The notes beneath the pieces are model-generated. The model was given only the letters and a program-made list of their open reading frames with translations, ran no database searches and had not been told where the DNA came from. From Betaproteobacteria bacterium (lineage in GTDB: Bacteria; Pseudomonadota; Gammaproteobacteria; Burkholderiales; Rhodocyclaceae), in NCBI GenBank assembly GCA_020047725.1, contig JAIFNM010000047.1:1-51197 (forward strand): a stretch of 51,197 nucleotides of DNA, in the 5' to 3' direction. This document shows positions 18,786 to 27,392 of this stretch, piece by piece (position 1 is the first letter of the stretch; every line of letters begins with the position of its first letter). The position numbers were made by a program, and so were the translations under genes.

Positions 18786-20300
18786 TCAACGGTCGGTCAG
18801 ACTCCTCAAATGTCCCACAAGGCTTCGATCTGTCAGGACGTCGTAGGCTGATTGAATATCCGGGGACAATGGCCGATCTTTGTCAAGGAACGGAACTGCC
18901 ATTCGCAGCGCGTCATACAGCATTCTCGATCCACGTCCGAGGGTGATTTCCGGCCGAAGGTCCACGGCTTGGGCGGCGTGCAAAGCCTCGATTCCCAGGA
19001 TATAGAAAGCGTTGTCGATAATCTTCCGCGTCTTTTCTACCACAAAGGGGGCGTTGGTCGCATGATCCTCCATCTCCCCTGCAACTGAATAGTAGTCAGT
19101 CGAAGCCGGATTCATCAGATGCCTGATTTCGGCATCCAGGGACGTAAACGGTTTCTGAATCGTCTGATAGGCCTGAACGGCTCCTTCGTTCGGGCTCAGG
19201 AATCGCGGCAGATTGGTAAAGCCTGGATCGGAGAGCTTGACCGTCCGGTGGCAGGCGCTCCTTGCCAAGTGGGCAACGGCTTGCCCCAGCATCTCAAAGC
19301 CAAGAACCCAATTGGTAATTTCAAAGTTGCAGCAGGAGATTATCTCCTCGGCTTCAACAAGAACGCAGGGGTTGTCGTCCGTTGAGTTCAACTGGATCGT
19401 CAGCAGCGGGCTGACATACTCCAGGGCATCCATCACCGTACCGTTGATGGCAGCTGCGCACCGGAAGCTCAGCGGGTCTTGAAGGGACTTCGTAATACCC
19501 TTGCTTCCCAGATAGCTACCGTCCAGGAGCTTTCGGATGGCGGCGGCACAGCGAATCTGGGATTTCATCTGCCGGGCTTCGTTAGGTTCCGGTCTGAAAG
19601 GCGTTGTGTTGCCGTCGAAGCCCTCGAGAGAGAGGGCAAAGACCGCATTGGCCACATCCAGGAGCTGTCGTGCTCGTTCTAACACCAAGGCCCCGGCCCC
19701 GGCAGAAAGGGCGTTTGATGAAACAATGGACAGTCCGTCCTTGGGGCCAAGCACCACCGGTTCCAGTCCCTCTGTTTTCAAGGCATGAAGCGCGGAAACC
19801 TGGGTTCCCTTATAGAACACATCCCCTTCCCCGATCATGGCCAAGCCGATATGGGAAAGATTCGAGATGTCACCCTCACCGACGCTGCCCCGTTCGGGAA
19901 CAACCGGGTGGATACCCCGATTCAGAAACTGGCGATACATTTCAACAACGTCCAGTTGGACTCCGGTCCGCGCACTCAGCAGCGTGTTGAGACGCGCCAC
20001 CATGGCGGCTCGAACCTTCTCTTCAGATAGCGAAGGGCCTACTGCCACGCAGTGAGCATAGATCAGGTTCCGGTTGTATTCCTCAAAGTACTTTTCGAAA
20101 ACCTTCTTGTCCTTGTTCCAGCCAACACCGACGGTGAAGCCGTAAATGGGGACATTCGTGTCAGCCAGGCGGAATACCAGCGCGCGGGACTCCTTCAGAC
20201 GCTCAAGCGCCCCCGCGTCGATACCAACCTCCAATTCTCCTCTTGCGACTCGACAAGAGTCCTCGATGGTCAAATTACTGCCGTTCAGTGATAGTTGCAT
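18786..20300 (-). CDS. Aromatic amino acid lyase family (HutH/HAL-like) lacking the MIO motif; probable ergothioneine trimethylammonia-lyase (ergothionase, ErtA-like)
   Basis: HAL fold motifs (PIYG..G.G, QDPLSFR, DNP, EDH) but GSVGEGD replaces GSVGASGD; Y53, K63, K383 and M410 are one position off the T. denticola ergothionase residues Y54/K64/K384/M411 (numbering from memory); context. Confidence 0.85.
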   Translation of the reverse strand: MQLSLNGSNLTIEDSCRVARGELEVGIDAGALERLKESRALVFRLADTNVPIYGFTVGVGWNKDKKVFEKYFEEYNRNLIYAHCVAVGPSLSEEKVRAAMVARLNTLLSARTGVQLDVVEMYRQFLNRGIHPVVPERGSVGEGDISNLSHIGLAMIGEGDVFYKGTQVSALHALKTEGLEPVVLGPKDGLSIVSSNALSAGAGALVLERARQLLDVANAVFALSLEGFDGNTTPFRPEPNEARQMKSQIRCAAAIRKLLDGSYLGSKGITKSLQDPLSFRCAAAINGTVMDALEYVSPLLTIQLNSTDDNPCVLVEAEEIISCCNFEITNWVLGFEMLGQAVAHLARSACHRTVKLSDPGFTNLPRFLSPNEGAVQAYQTIQKPFTSLDAEIRHLMNPASTDYYSVAGEMEDHATNAPFVVEKTRKIIDNAFYILGIEALHAAQAVDLRPEITLGRGSRMLYDALRMAVPFLDKDRPLSPDIQSAYDVLTDRSLVGHLRSLTDR

Positions 20301-20342
20301 TTCGAGGACCCTTCCGTAACGATTGTCGTTTGATGTTGTCGA

Positions 20343-21977
20343 CTATTTCTCGACCACGAGGATTTCTACCCCACTTTTCCCGACGACCTGGGCATCAGGT
20401 TCCTCGTCGGGTTCCGCAATGACGCGATCGACGTACCAGACTTTGAAGTAGGAGATCAGCTGCAGGGCAAAGATGAAGAGAACGACGAAGCCGCTAGCAG
20501 CGGCCAGCGCCTTAACCCCATCAACTCCCTGGACGCCACCTCCGAAGGCCGCCATGACGATAGCGACTGCCCCGAGCACGATTCCCCACGCAACTTTCAC
20601 CATCGGAGGCGGCTCTGTGCCGATCGGCACATCCTTCATACACATGGAACCAATATTTGTCAGGGTTGCGTCGGCTGCGGTGATGAATGACACCAGAACG
20701 ACCAGAATATTGAACGGCACAATTATGTAGCCAAGACCATAGGGCAGTTTCTGCAAGAACACCCAGAGAGCCGCTACCGCGCCGCCGTCGTTGATGACCT
20801 TGATCAGATCCGTTTCGCCGCTCATCTGCATATGGATTGCACTGCCACCCCAGATGGCGAACCAGACAATACCGAACACAGAAGGAAGTATCCAGTTGAT
20901 GATCAGGAACTCCCTGATCGTACGGCCATAGGAAATCATGGCCAGGAAAATTGCGGTAACGGGAGCAAACCCGACCCAGAATGCCCAGTCGAACAGTGTC
21001 CAGGAACGCGTAAGGGCTTCGCCGCCAATGTCAATGGGATCCAAACCCCAAAGGAAGAAGTTATGCAGCCACATGGCAAGACCTGCCGTGCCGATCCGCA
21101 TGATATAAACCGTCGGTCCGGCAATCAGCAACAGTGCCAGAAGGAAATAGTAGAACCACGCGTTCCAGTTGCCCAGCACAGCCAGACCCTTGTCAAGACC
21201 CACATAGGACGAAAACGTAAACGCCAAGATTATGAGAATCCCAATCCCTGCAAAAAGCGGCACGCTGGACTCAATGCCGTAACCGATCGACAGCCCGGAC
21301 ATCACCAGGGTGATGCACATGGTGAGCCCGGTAGTGATTCCAATTGCAAGCCCCAGCATGGAGAGCATGTCGACGACCCCGGCAAACATCCCCTTGGTTA
21401 CTTTTTCGCCGAAGAGCGGCTTCAGGGTGGACGTCACCGCCAGACGTTCCCGTTTGTTAAAATAGATGTATGCGACCAATAGTCCGCAGCAGGCATAGAT
21501 CGCGTAGGGTACGAAGGTCCAGTTGTAGAAGGATCGAGCCATGGCAAATACGGCAGCCTGCGGGGTTTTCGCTGGAATGCCCAGAGTATTCAATTCGCCC
21601 CAAACGTTCCCGAAATAGATCAATGGCTCGTTGACTCCCCAAGTGACAATTCCGGTGGCCACACCGCCAGTGAGTGTCATGGCAAACCAGGTTCCGAAGC
21701 TGTACTTGGGTTTGGCGTTCTTTCCGCCCAGCCGTATGCTGCCGAACTTCGAGAAAATCATGATTGCCATGAACACGAATGATGCCATGACAGTCAACTG
21801 AAATAGCCACCCGAACGTGTCCAATGACCAGAAGAAGAAAGCCATGACACTCTTGGTTAGAGCGTCTTTGTTTGTAATGCCAAGCACGGCAGCGCCGCCA
21901 ATGACGACATACGCCGGAATAAAGACCTCCCAACGAATCAAGTCCCTCAACCTCTTGCTTTCTTGCGCTTTGCTCAC
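20343..21977 (-). CDS. BCCT (betaine/carnitine/choline) family transporter
   Basis: FGSIRLGG...KPKYS..TWFAM, WGVNEP, WTLFDWAFWVGFAP, ISYGRTIREF; about 12 TM; GTG start with RBS AGGAGG. Confidence 0.92.
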   Translation of the reverse strand: MSKAQESKRLRDLIRWEVFIPAYVVIGGAAVLGITNKDALTKSVMAFFFWSLDTFGWLFQLTVMASFVFMAIMIFSKFGSIRLGGKNAKPKYSFGTWFAMTLTGGVATGIVTWGVNEPLIYFGNVWGELNTLGIPAKTPQAAVFAMARSFYNWTFVPYAIYACCGLLVAYIYFNKRERLAVTSTLKPLFGEKVTKGMFAGVVDMLSMLGLAIGITTGLTMCITLVMSGLSIGYGIESSVPLFAGIGILIILAFTFSSYVGLDKGLAVLGNWNAWFYYFLLALLLIAGPTVYIMRIGTAGLAMWLHNFFLWGLDPIDIGGEALTRSWTLFDWAFWVGFAPVTAIFLAMISYGRTIREFLIINWILPSVFGIVWFAIWGGSAIHMQMSGETDLIKVINDGGAVAALWVFLQKLPYGLGYIIVPFNILVVLVSFITAADATLTNIGSMCMKDVPIGTEPPPMVKVAWGIVLGAVAIVMAAFGGGVQGVDGVKALAAASGFVVLFIFALQLISYFKVWYVDRVIAEPDEEPDAQVVGKSGVEILVVEK

Positions 21978-22124
21978 GAAATACCCCTCCTTTTTTTGAA
22001 ATTCCCGTAAAAAACTAACTGCTCATGGTTTCTGCTCGTTTCGCTTTCCTATGCGTTTCTATGCCCACCCTGCCCCCTTTTTTTGAAGAACGGCTGCTGT
22101 TCAAGTGGGTTTCCCACTTGCCAA

Positions 22125-22579
22125 TTACTGTCCAGCATTTCTGGTCGCGGTCGTGTCGATCCTGGCAATCGATTTTTTTGCAACCTCATCGAGTGCTTCC
22201 TCGTATCCGGCGTCGGCATACCGCAATACGCCACTGGCCGTATCGTTGGTCAGCGAAAGACACAAGCGCTGATCGGCCGCCTCTGTTCCGTCGGCGACTA
22301 CTGTTACGCCAGCGCTGGTCATGTAGCCGCTGTAACCCCCACCGCCTGAATGGATTGCCACGAGGACGGCACTGGACGAACAGTTGATCATCGCGTTAAG
22401 CAACGGCCAGTCGGCGATTGCACCGGATCCGTCGCGCATGTTTTCAGTCATGATGTTCGGATGACCGCCATGGTCCCAAGCTCTCGTCCGTGTTCTGCCC
22501 AACCGCCACCACCACAAGCGAAGATCGAACCGCCTTTGACAGCTGCCTCGACATCCTTGAGCGTCAGAATGCGTCCCAT
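22125..22579 (-). pseudogene. Internally deleted second copy of the DUF917-hydratase gene pair (DUF917 5' end joined out of frame to the hydratase 3' end)
   Basis: 22579-22465 encodes MGRILTLKDVEAAVKGGSIFACGGGGWAEHGRELGTMA (paralog of the 26961 gene); 22463-22125 encodes HPNIMTENMRDGSGAIADWPLLNAMINCSS..ARIDT (paralog of the hydratase C-terminus). Confidence 0.9.
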
Positions 22580-22722
22580 CTCTCCCCCTATGTGTCGTAA
22601 TCCATGGATGCAACAGCGTTAAGAACTTAAGAAGGTTTTCTCAACGTGTCGCATGCAAAAGCATCAGTGCTTACGATACTAGGTAGGTTTTTTTATAATG
22701 TCGCATTCCTTTTTGTTTACAT

Positions 22723-22743
22723 GCCATAACACCGAGTTATGGC
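22723..22743. promoter_or_regulatory. LysR-type binding box upstream of the pseudogene-BCCT-lyase unit
   Basis: GCCATAAC-ACCGA-GTTATGGC, T-N11-A dyad; flanking sequence homologous to 27070-27128. Confidence 0.7.
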
Positions 22744-23026
22744 CCTAACGTGGTGCATCGACAAGGGGTTGGTGTCACTCCACAAAGGCTCAATACACAA
22801 GCACGGAACAAAAGTTGTGCATCAATACAGTGCCTTAACGCACCAGGAATGGTCATTAACTTTCCTGCATAGGAGCCTTGCGAAACAGGGCAATTTGGAG
22901 ATAAAGCGATTCCGTTCCTGTGAAAGTTTTCAGCCGCCCGCATCACACCAGCTTTCATTTCGATGTTTGTCGCCATAGTCATTCCTCGTTTCTTGTTCCC
23001 CTCCAAGTCATAGAGGACTTGAAGAT

Positions 23027-23988
23027 TTGAAGCGCAAGGGTGACGCTGGCCCGTTTCAACCCTCACTCTTCGATCAACGAGGGGTGATCGACGTGACCAG
23101 CGAGCGGTTTCCAGGGGAGCGGCTGGTCGTTTGTCGCAATCCCCTGTTGGCCGAGGAACGGGGCCGGAAGCGCGAGGACTTGCTGGTCGCCACCGAGACT
23201 GAACTGGGGCGAATACGCGCCGCCACGACGCGCCAACGAGCGCCCCTCAAGGGGCAGGACAAGATCGCGTTGCGCGTGGGGGCGGTGATCGGGCACTTCA
23301 ACATGGCCAAGCATTTCACGCTGACGATTACCGATATGACCTTCACCTTTGAGCGCAAGACCGCACAGATTGCTGCCAAAGCGGCCATGGATGGCTTGTA
23401 TGTGGTGCGCACGAGTTTGCCTGCCGAAACGTTATCGGCAGACCAGGCGGTCTCGGCGTACAAGGGACTGGCCGCGGTCGAACGCGCCTTCCGTTCCCTG
23501 AAAACAGTCGATCTGCATGTTCGCCCCGTCTTCCACTGGAATGCGGATCGAGTGCGGGCCCATGTTTTCCTGTGCATGTTGGCGTATTACGTTGAATGGC
23601 ACATGCGCCAGAAACTCAAGCCGATCCTCTTCGATGACGAATTCATCAAGGCGGTGAAGGCGGACCGCCAGAATGTCGTGGCCAAAGCCCTCTGGAGCGA
23701 GGCCGCCCGGGAAAAAGACTCGTCCAAGCAGTCGGCCGATGGGTTGCCCGCGCACAGCTCCCGTACGCTGATCAAAGATCTCGTAACGCTCACGCTCAAT
23801 GTCGCACATACCACCCTGAATCCCAGCGCAAAACTCTTGATCACCACCCGGCCCACCACCGTTCAGGAGAAAGCCTTCCGCCTCCTCGGCGTCACCCCAG
23901 ATCGTACCTAGTTGCCATTCACCGAGAACTTGATTTCACTATGTCCATCAATGGGTTACTTAACTCGACAAGGTAAAGTTGGGGTTAG
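23027..23988 (+). mobile_element. IS1634 family element, 5'-truncated transposase (ORF to 23911) plus probable right end
   Basis: PGERLVVCRNPLLAEER, DGLYVVRTS, YKGLAAVERAFRSLKT, RVRAHVFLCMLAYYVEWHMR; N-terminal half absent. Confidence 0.85.
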
Positions 23989-24110
23989 TGACACAGTAAG
24001 ACTAGGGTTTTGGCGACTCGACGCCCTATAACCCGCACCGTTGCTGGGGATCGGTGAAAAAATGCCTCGGAAGTTTCAAAGTCGGGCAGACGTCAGCGGA
24101 TCCAACAGCA

Positions 24111-24145
24111 ACGAGGGTTGTAACTGGTTTCGTAGCAACCCTCGT
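24111..24145. terminator. Inverted repeat downstream of the hydratase gene (possible terminator)
   Basis: ACGAGGGTTG-N15-CAACCCTCGT; U-tract weak. Confidence 0.35.
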
Positions 24146-24187
24146 ATTTGGCCTATGTGGCTGCGTTTTAGGCCAGGCCGTCAATTC

Positions 24188-25867
24188 TCAAGGCATCTCG
24201 AATGCGATGGGAACCTTGTATCGCGCGTCATTTGTGTCGATGCGGCCGATGGATCTCCTGGAAACCTCGTCAAGCGAATCATCGTATCCCGCGTCGGCAT
24301 AACGCAGCACGCCGCTAGTTGTATCGTTAGTCAGCGACAAATCCAGACGCTGTTCCGCGGCTACAGACCCATCGGCCACGATTGTTACGCCAGCACTGGT
24401 CATGTAACCGCTGTATCCTCCTCCTCCGGAATGAATCGCCACCAAATCCGCACAGGAAGAGCAGTTGATCATTGCATTCAACAACGGCCAGTCGGCAATG
24501 GCATCGGACCCGTCACGCATGTTCTCGGTCATGATGTTCGGATGCGCCATGGCGCCGGCATCAAGGTGGTCGCGAGTAAAAGCGATCGGCGCGCTGAGTT
24601 CTCCGTCGCGCACCATCCGGTTTACTTCGAGCGCAAGTTCAGTTCGCTCCCCGTGTCCGAGCCAAGCGATCCGTGCCGGCAGCCCTTCGAAAGGAACGTA
24701 TTGCCGCGCCAGACGTACCCAATTTGAAACGATCCGATTGCTCGGGAAGCGTTCAAGCAAGAGATCGTCGATCTTGCGAATATCATCGGGATCGTTTGAC
24801 AGAGCGATCCAGCGGAATGGGCCAATTGCGCGGGCAAACAAGGGCCTCAGGAAGGCTTCCGTAAATATCGGCATTTCGAACGCACGCTCAACCCCACCCT
24901 GCTTGGCGTGGGTACGGATCAGGTTGCCGTTGTCAAAGACCACCGCCCCCTTGTCCAAAAACCCCAGCATTGCCCGGACGTGAACCACAATTGCGTTGCG
25001 GGCGTCCTGCATCAGACCTGGGATGTCAGTCTCACGCTTAGCACGCCACTGTTCCAGTGTGTAACCGGACGGTACATAGCCATAGACCAGATCATGCGCG
25101 GCAGTCTGGTCGGTGACGATGTCGGGGACAATTCCACGGGCAAGAATTTCCGGGTAAACGTCGGCGGCATTACCCAACAGCCCCACTGAAATAGGTTCCC
25201 GCTTTGCGACCGCTCCATTGATAAGGGCCATCGCTTCATCGAGCGTATCAACACGCCTTTCGAGGAAACCGTTTTTGAGCCGCTTTTGCATACTCTCTTC
25301 ATTGACTTCCACGGTCAGGATGGCGGCGTTGGCCATGCGTCCAGCCAGGGGCTGCGCTCCGCCCATTCCTCCTAACCCGGCCGTCAGGATAAATCGCCCA
25401 CGCAGGTCATTGTCGAAATTACGTTCGGCGATCCGGCTGAAAATTTCATAAGTCCCCTGGATCACACCTTGGGAACCGATGTATTGCCAATCGCCAGCTG
25501 TCAGGCCGCCCCAGCAGATCAGATTCTTCTTTTCCAGAGCGTAGAAATTCTCCGCCGTGGCCCACTGGCCAATCATGTTGCAATTAGCCATGATAACCAT
25601 TGGCGCAGCGCTGTGTGTCTTCAATACGCCAATGGGCTTACCGGACTGAACGATCAGGGTCTGATCTTCTTCCAGATTAAGCAGCGCATCGACCATGGCG
25701 CGATACGAAGGCCAGTCGCGCGCCGCTTTACCCAGTGCAGCGTAGACCACCAGCCGTTCTGGCGCTTCGCCAACAGCCAGGACATTTTCCGAAAGGCGCA
25801 GCAGCGCCTCCTGGCGCCATCCCTTGCAGCGCAGTTTAGAGCCGGTTTGGAGTTTGAATGCGGACAT
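24188..25867 (-). CDS. Urocanate hydratase family protein; probable thiourocanate hydratase (ErtB-like)
   Basis: LVVY..GKAAR.W, QSGKPIG, TAGLGGMGGAQPLA, TDQT..HD, GPFRW, RDHLD, DGSDAIADWPLLNA; substrate-site motifs diverge from HutU (CWGGLTAGDW, HPNIMTE, HSGGGGYSG); start overlaps the DUF917 stop. Confidence 0.9.
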   Translation of the reverse strand: MSAFKLQTGSKLRCKGWRQEALLRLSENVLAVGEAPERLVVYAALGKAARDWPSYRAMVDALLNLEEDQTLIVQSGKPIGVLKTHSAAPMVIMANCNMIGQWATAENFYALEKKNLICWGGLTAGDWQYIGSQGVIQGTYEIFSRIAERNFDNDLRGRFILTAGLGGMGGAQPLAGRMANAAILTVEVNEESMQKRLKNGFLERRVDTLDEAMALINGAVAKREPISVGLLGNAADVYPEILARGIVPDIVTDQTAAHDLVYGYVPSGYTLEQWRAKRETDIPGLMQDARNAIVVHVRAMLGFLDKGAVVFDNGNLIRTHAKQGGVERAFEMPIFTEAFLRPLFARAIGPFRWIALSNDPDDIRKIDDLLLERFPSNRIVSNWVRLARQYVPFEGLPARIAWLGHGERTELALEVNRMVRDGELSAPIAFTRDHLDAGAMAHPNIMTENMRDGSDAIADWPLLNAMINCSSCADLVAIHSGGGGYSGYMTSAGVTIVADGSVAAEQRLDLSLTNDTTSGVLRYADAGYDDSLDEVSRRSIGRIDTNDARYKVPIAFEMP

Positions 25868-26961
25868 CACTTACCTCCCAGGGCATAGTCGGTCAGATTG
25901 ATTCCGAGCGCCTTCTCGACCTGCGGATATACCGACGGGTCACAGACACTGGAAGAAAGCGGAATCAAGGTTTTCGGAATCCTGAACACGTGAATTTCCA
26001 TACCCTCGCGCACTTTCCCAGCACTCACCGGCTCACCGTTTGCGTTGAGCATCGTTATCACGTCGGGGTAGCTGGCGATTCGCTCACCGTGGGCATCTTC
26101 CACCGCCATGTGTTCATTCATCACGTGGATCAGGCGTCTGTCGTTGCCAACGCCAATCTCGATCACTCCGATATCAAACGCTTCGTCTGTATATTTCAAA
26201 GTATTGCGTACTACCGTTCCGCTGCCAACGATTGAGCCGCCTGTCTGTTTGCATATTGCGTCGATCACCGCCGTGGCACCCTTGGCTTCCGCCGCAAGAA
26301 TTTGCTCTCCCAGCGCAATGGCCATACTGATGCCACCCAGCGCCGCATGCTGGCGCACATAGGAAGCGCGAATCGGATTGCGGCAGCTGGCAATGAATCC
26401 ACCAGACATGTCGGATGCCTTGCGCAGAACCTGCGAGACCTTGGCCGTCGCACCGCGCACAACCAGTTCGATATAAGAGTTGGTGGCACGCTTGCCGCCG
26501 ACCGCGCATTGAATCATCGGCTGAGGACTATTGGCCAATCCGAGCGAACCCATGTCCCCCGTCGGATGAGCACGGATGTCGCCGACCGCATCCACCACTT
26601 TAGTACCCAGCACTGCCGAAGGCAGCCAGGCATTTAGGGTGCTCGACATTCCGTTCTGACCAATAATCAGTCCGAAGATCGGCTCACCTAGTGCCTCCTG
26701 AGCAAGCTGCACCGCCTTGACGTAGTCGATGCCCAGCATTTCCCAATCGGTCAGCCCTCCCGGCGCACCGATGGCTGCCGCAGTGGCAATCCACGCTTCG
26801 TCCGGAACTTCATCCATGCTGACAAGTTCCGGTCTGCCGATCGTGACGGCCATGGAACCCAACTCGTACCCATGTTCCGCCCATCCACCTCCGCCACAAG
26901 CGAAAACCGAACCGCCCTTCACTGCCGCCTTCACATCATCAAGAGTAAGCACGCGCCGCAT
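25867..26961 (-). CDS. DUF917 family protein; probable thiohydantoin-propionate desulfhydrase (ErtC-like)
   Basis: GGSVFACGGGG, AIGAP, DAVGDIRAHP, VMNEHM, YPDVI; RBS GGAGG before the ATG at 26961; coupled to the hydratase. Confidence 0.85.
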   Translation of the reverse strand: MRRVLTLDDVKAAVKGGSVFACGGGGWAEHGYELGSMAVTIGRPELVSMDEVPDEAWIATAAAIGAPGGLTDWEMLGIDYVKAVQLAQEALGEPIFGLIIGQNGMSSTLNAWLPSAVLGTKVVDAVGDIRAHPTGDMGSLGLANSPQPMIQCAVGGKRATNSYIELVVRGATAKVSQVLRKASDMSGGFIASCRNPIRASYVRQHAALGGISMAIALGEQILAAEAKGATAVIDAICKQTGGSIVGSGTVVRNTLKYTDEAFDIGVIEIGVGNDRRLIHVMNEHMAVEDAHGERIASYPDVITMLNANGEPVSAGKVREGMEIHVFRIPKTLIPLSSSVCDPSVYPQVEKALGINLTDYALGGK

Positions 26962-27111
26962 TTTTTCCTCCAATCAAGCCAAATCGGCATTCGAAAATAC
27001 CAACATTGAAAACTACCGTGCCGGTCGTCCGATACCAGATCCTACGAACGACAGTGACGATGATGTTAGGCAGGTTTTTTCATAATGTCGCTTTCCTTAT
27101 TGTGCTTTGCT

Positions 27112-27128
27112 CATAACATATTGTTATG
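27112..27128. promoter_or_regulatory. LysR-type binding box (DUF917-hydratase promoter)
   Basis: CATAAC-ATATT-GTTATG. Confidence 0.7.
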
Positions 27129-27250
27129 TTATTTCGGAATCGTGCCTGATCTTTACGTTTGTCTCGGCGGGGTGGATGTGCATCACCTGATTACAGTTGT
27201 TGATCTGAACTCAGATACCAACAACGACATACAGTATGAACGACGCCGCT

Positions 27251-27267
27251 CATAACACATTGTTATG
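27251..27267. promoter_or_regulatory. LysR-type binding box (YfcC transporter promoter)
   Basis: CATAAC-ACATT-GTTATG, 16/17 identical to the 27112 box. Confidence 0.7.
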
Positions 27268-27392
27268 GATTCAACACAATAAGTAATGCGACTTAATGAT
27301 TGTTCGCGCTTATGATTTTTCTGCAAACCGGCACGAACTTGGAAAATTGGTGTTCCGAGCATTTCCTATCAGAATTGAATGGAGAATGACAA

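Noticed and set aside
22737-22985. Short minus-strand ORF MATNIEMKAGVMRAAENFHRNG with an RBS-like GAGGA
   Set aside because: Could be a truncated gene start, but no family can be supported by eye
24041-24727. 228-aa plus-strand ORF and similar long antisense ORFs (e.g. 20832..21482, 37526..38137, 44743..45366)
   Set aside because: Shadow frames of well-supported genes on the opposite strand; no motifs
18786-25867. Canonical histidine utilisation (hutH/hutU) assignment
   Set aside because: The lyase lacks the ASG MIO motif, the hydratase lacks HutU substrate motifs, and hutI/G/F/C are absent while DUF917, hydantoinase and carbamoylase are present
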